Source: Asterias rubens (Eukaryota). Taken from it: a stretch of DNA of 64,000 nucleotides. Below the pieces are notes generated by a model. That model was not told the origin of the DNA, ran no database searches, and was given only the letters and a program-made list of their open reading frames with translations. Shown in pieces: positions 62,511-64,000 of the stretch (within the stretch, counting starts at the first letter, position 1; every line of letters starts with the position of its first letter). The position numbers were made by a program, and so were the translations under genes. Location of the stretch: positions 13,454,001-13,518,000 of the forward strand of contig NC_047071.1 of NCBI RefSeq assembly GCF_902459465.1, read 5' to 3'.

Positions 62511-63179
62511 TACTGAGTTGGTTTTTCTGTCTGATCAATACTGATAATCCAATAGGAAGTGGTGTTAAAGATCGTCTGTTTGTTTGACTGGCATTACTGG
62601 AGGCCACTGAACCGTGTGTTTATATGAACACAAACTACAAGAGTGGGTTATTATTTTACAGTCAGATATACCGAGCTTTATTTTGTCCTCTATATCCTGA
62701 GTATAAGTTGATATTCATATTCGTGTCATCGAAATCCTAAAACAAAACTGGAAATATACAAATAAAAGACAACTTAATTTACTCCAACTGTTATTTACTG
62801 AACTATGCTTGATGAATAATGTGCGAATCGACTCGTGATATTGGCAATGCTTTACAGGGTCGCGGGTTCGAATCTACGCTGTAGTGTTGATATTGTCGTG
62901 TGCAATCTTTCGTGAGCAATGGTGGAACGTTGTTGAATGTTAATACATGAACGAATGTTAAACATGAGAAACATTCCTACCTCTTTAATGTACCTTCCCA
63001 TGTTCAATCCCAGGCTCATCAAAATGGTAGTTATAGAAGAGGTTCCACTGATGAGTGTATTTCCAAAATAGATTGAGCTTGTGTGTTCTTGACTTCCAAT
63101 CTCTAAACCATGCAGTGGGTATGTAAGATGCACTGGGCTGGCGTAACGATTTTTATATAACTCCCAAAATGCCCGATCA

Positions 63180-63540
63180 TGGCGTTTGGTGAACAAAGCA
63201 GTAACTGGTCTTCATTGAAGCCCATTGTGGTGTTGTCAAAATCAGTTATTAGACTTAGTCACCTCGGGACCGGTGCAATAATAACACCGAGAATGGGAGT
63301 CGCTTATACCGTGAACGGAGTAAAAGGCTACCGGGGCTCGCTCGGCAGCGCCTCCCCGCTAACAAGGGGCGCCCCGGCAACAACTGCCGGGGTCAAGTCA
63401 GCCCGAACTCCGGTCGGCCATTCACCGGGAACGCTGTTGTCCAAGGGAGGGGTTGACGTACGCCGTGGGCTAGGGGCAAACCCGCTCAGCATTCCCGCTG
63501 GAAATGTTTTTACGACCTCTTGATCTCAATATTTTCCGTT
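63180..63540. promoter_or_regulatory. CpG-rich non-repetitive island, candidate regulatory element
   Basis: High GC/CpG, no credible ORF; 8-bp hairpin CCCCGGCA-acaac-TGCCGGGG. Confidence 0.3.
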
Positions 63541-64000
63541 TGTGAAAGATACCCGGGAGTACAATCAAAGCCTTTGTTACCAATGACTGTTATGGTTTGA
63601 TTTGCATTAGAATGGAATACGGGTGGATGCCCTGTGCTGGTCCCTTTTCATTACCTTTTGAAGTTTTTATAAAAACCAAGTCATTTTCAAGAAAAGGTCC
63701 AAGTTCATTAATGCCTCTAACAGTTGTTGGTCTCTTTAACACTGCTTAATACTGTGGGGCCTACCTTGGGTTTCCACAAAATGAAAATAAGGAAAAGTTG
63801 AGAACTTTAAATGTGACAGTTGACTCAATTTATTCGATTTTGCTGGGTATTATATCAGCGTCAGATTTCTTGAGAGACAAAACAGACATAAACCAGACTC
63901 AAGTCACATGAAGATTCTACGCCTGGGGAGGTGTGGGGTGGGGGATAGGTTGTGCCGGGCGAACTTAAACAATTCGGGTCATTTTGTCAGACGGGTCGGG

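Overview
AT-rich eukaryotic (invertebrate deuterostome-like, probably echinoderm/sea star; inferred from repeat style and protein sequence, not proven) genomic DNA. The only supportable protein-coding gene is a COUP-TF/NR2F nuclear receptor on the minus strand. Coding exon 1 (5728-6376) encodes a Q/P/T-rich A/B domain and the complete C4 zinc-finger DBD. Exon 2 (3500-4015) encodes the hinge and most of the LBD. The last coding exon must lie left of base 1. The remaining ~57 kb upstream is a gene desert containing: (i) ~28 copies or fragments of a ~380-bp TTAA-flanked, AG-ended MITE (Kolobok/T2 type); (ii) several other foldback MITEs, tRNA-derived SINE pieces, a LINE RT scrap, and Penelope-type short inserts carrying hammerhead-ribozyme-like motifs; (iii) about ten tandem-repeat arrays; (iv) many CpG-richer non-repetitive islands with dense TF motifs (RFX X-boxes, nuclear-receptor half-site arrays including two ER7 and a perfect DR4, CRE, Sox/Oct, Su(H), Otx/Ets) that look like the long-range regulatory domain of COUP-TF. 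No prokaryotic-type system (CRISPR etc.) is present and no novel system can be confirmed from sequence alone. The best leads are the TSD-flanked hammerhead insert 2.5 kb upstream of the ATG, the nuclear-receptor and RFX motif architecture, a possible divergent lncRNA, and a triplicated N-terminal Trp motif in the receptor.
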